Positions 50,048-50,988 of a stretch of 50,988 nt of DNA are shown here, piece by piece. The stretch is from Muribaculaceae bacterium (lineage in GTDB: Bacteria > Bacteroidota > Bacteroidia > Bacteroidales > Muribaculaceae). The stretch lies in contig JAIDJJ010000328.1 of NCBI GenBank assembly GCA_029052265.1, forward strand, positions 1 through 50,988, in the 5' to 3' direction. The stretch's first letter is position 1; each line of letters starts with the position of its first letter. The translations under genes were made by a program, and so were the position numbers. A model generated the notes under the pieces. The model was not told where the DNA came from. It did no database searches and was given only the letters and a program-made list of their open reading frames with translations.

Positions 50048-50348
50048 ATAGTGGAATTTTTATCGGCAATGGATGCCGTGGTAAAAACAGGCGTTCAAAA
50101 AAATCAGATGCCACCTATTGAAGTTGTTTAAACTTTTTCTTTTCCAAGATTTCGTCAGATTTTCGAGGGAATCAACCTCCCGGGAAAAGCCTGGACTACT
50201 TCCAAAATTGATAAAAGCGGTCACCTTTGTAAAATTAACAAAAATAAATATAAAAAGGTCGATTTTCACTCTAAAAAGCGAATTTGAGGGGCAGAAAACC
50301 GAAAAAACAGAGAAGAATAAAAAAAAATAGCGTTTTTTTTGAAAAAAA

Positions 50349-50380
50349 TTTGGATATTATTTGAAATAGGGCTAACTTTG
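50349..50380 (+). promoter_or_regulatory. Sigma-A promoter of the tRNA-Glu/rpsT operon
   Basis: TTTG, 20-nt spacer, TAACTTTG (perfect consensus) with an A/T-rich upstream tract. Confidence 0.85.
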
Positions 50381-50420
50381 CAGCGCAAAATGTGCCCACC
50401 GTGTGTACAGTTGCTTTAGT

Positions 50421-50495
50421 GGCCCATTCGTCTATCGGTTAGGACGAGAGATTTTCATTCTCTAAAGAGCAGTTCGACTCTGCTATGGGCTACCA
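50421..50495 (+). tRNA. tRNA-Glu(TTC), CCA encoded
   Basis: Acceptor GGCCCAT/ATGGGCT, anticodon arm AGAGA-TTTTCAT-TCTCT, GTTCGA T-loop. Confidence 0.97.
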
Positions 50496-50528
50496 ATATT
50501 AAAAACCGAAAGAAAGACAACTTTTAAG

Positions 50529-50783
50529 ATGGCAAATCATAAATCATCATTAAAAAGAATTCGCCAGGCGGAAAAGAGAAGACTTGAGAACCGCTACTGG
50601 GCAAAAACCGCCCGCAACGCTGTTCGTCGCGTGCGCAAAATGACTGACAAGGAGGAAGCTACTGCTGCCTACAATAAAGTCAGCGCTCTTCTTCAGCGTC
50701 TCGGCCGCAAGAATATCATCTCAAAGAACAAAGCCGCCAACCTTTGCAGCGGTCTTGCTCTCCACATCAACAAGCTTGCGTAA
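50529..50783 (+). CDS. rpsT: 30S ribosomal protein S20
   Basis: [13 protein letters not shown]...[10 protein letters not shown]. Confidence 0.97.
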   Translation: MANHKSSLKRIRQAEKRRLENRYWAKTARNAVRRVRKMTDKEEATAAYNKVSALLQRLGRKNIISKNKAANLCSGLALHINKLA

Positions 50784-50877
50784 TCTTAAGGCTTCCTGAG
50801 CCAACGATTGAAAAAATATTTCCTTCAGCATGCGACGGCCAATCGGTCTTGACGCAGCTGGCACAAAGGATTGCGTC

Positions 50878-50949
50878 GGTCCATTCGTCTATCGGTTAGG
50901 ACGAGAGATTTTCATTCTCTAAAGAGCAGTTCGACTCTGCTATGGACTA
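50878..50949 (+). tRNA. tRNA-Glu(TTC), second copy, no encoded CCA
   Basis: Acceptor GGTCCAT/ATGGACT; otherwise identical to the first copy. Confidence 0.97.
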
Positions 50950-50988
50950 CCTCCCTAAATCCATCCTATCCCCAGAGGCCGGTTACTG

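Noticed and set aside
1-50988. CRISPR array, prophage, retron/RT or toxin-antitoxin system
   Set aside because: No regularly spaced repeats and no phage, cas, reverse transcriptase or TA-like ORFs recognised.

Overview
Bacteroidales chromosomal window; a Muribaculaceae-like origin is my inference from gene content, TAnnTTTG/TTTG promoters and protein families. It is mostly housekeeping. The minus strand carries ffs (SRP RNA, cut by the window edge), a secreted glycoside hydrolase, rnr, uvrC, apt, mnmG and ybeY, with a perfect parS between apt and mnmG. Next is a plus-strand accessory patch (11.1-16.4 kb): an AAA/PD-(D/E)XK gene whose nuclease core is internally deleted, a low-GC GLPGLI gene, an outer-membrane barrel, and an unannotated 3' remnant of a second barrel. 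Then come porW/sprE, porX and a Sel1 gene (type IX secretion-related), followed by queG, rnhA, pdxB, a THUMP methyltransferase, a dcw cluster lacking mraZ, an LEA-like gene, mutS, mgtE, a nucleoside kinase and tRNA-Glu/rpsT/tRNA-Glu. I see no CRISPR array, prophage, intact transposase or clearly new multi-gene system. The best leads are cis-elements and relics: a recurrent AAGTT-N5-AACTT element shared by two leaders 40 kb apart, a 16-bp palindrome inside the promoter of the mraZ-less dcw cluster, a switch-like structured mgtE leader, and the decaying AAA/GLPGLI/barrel locus. All alignments and folds were done by eye; family calls are from recall, not database searches.
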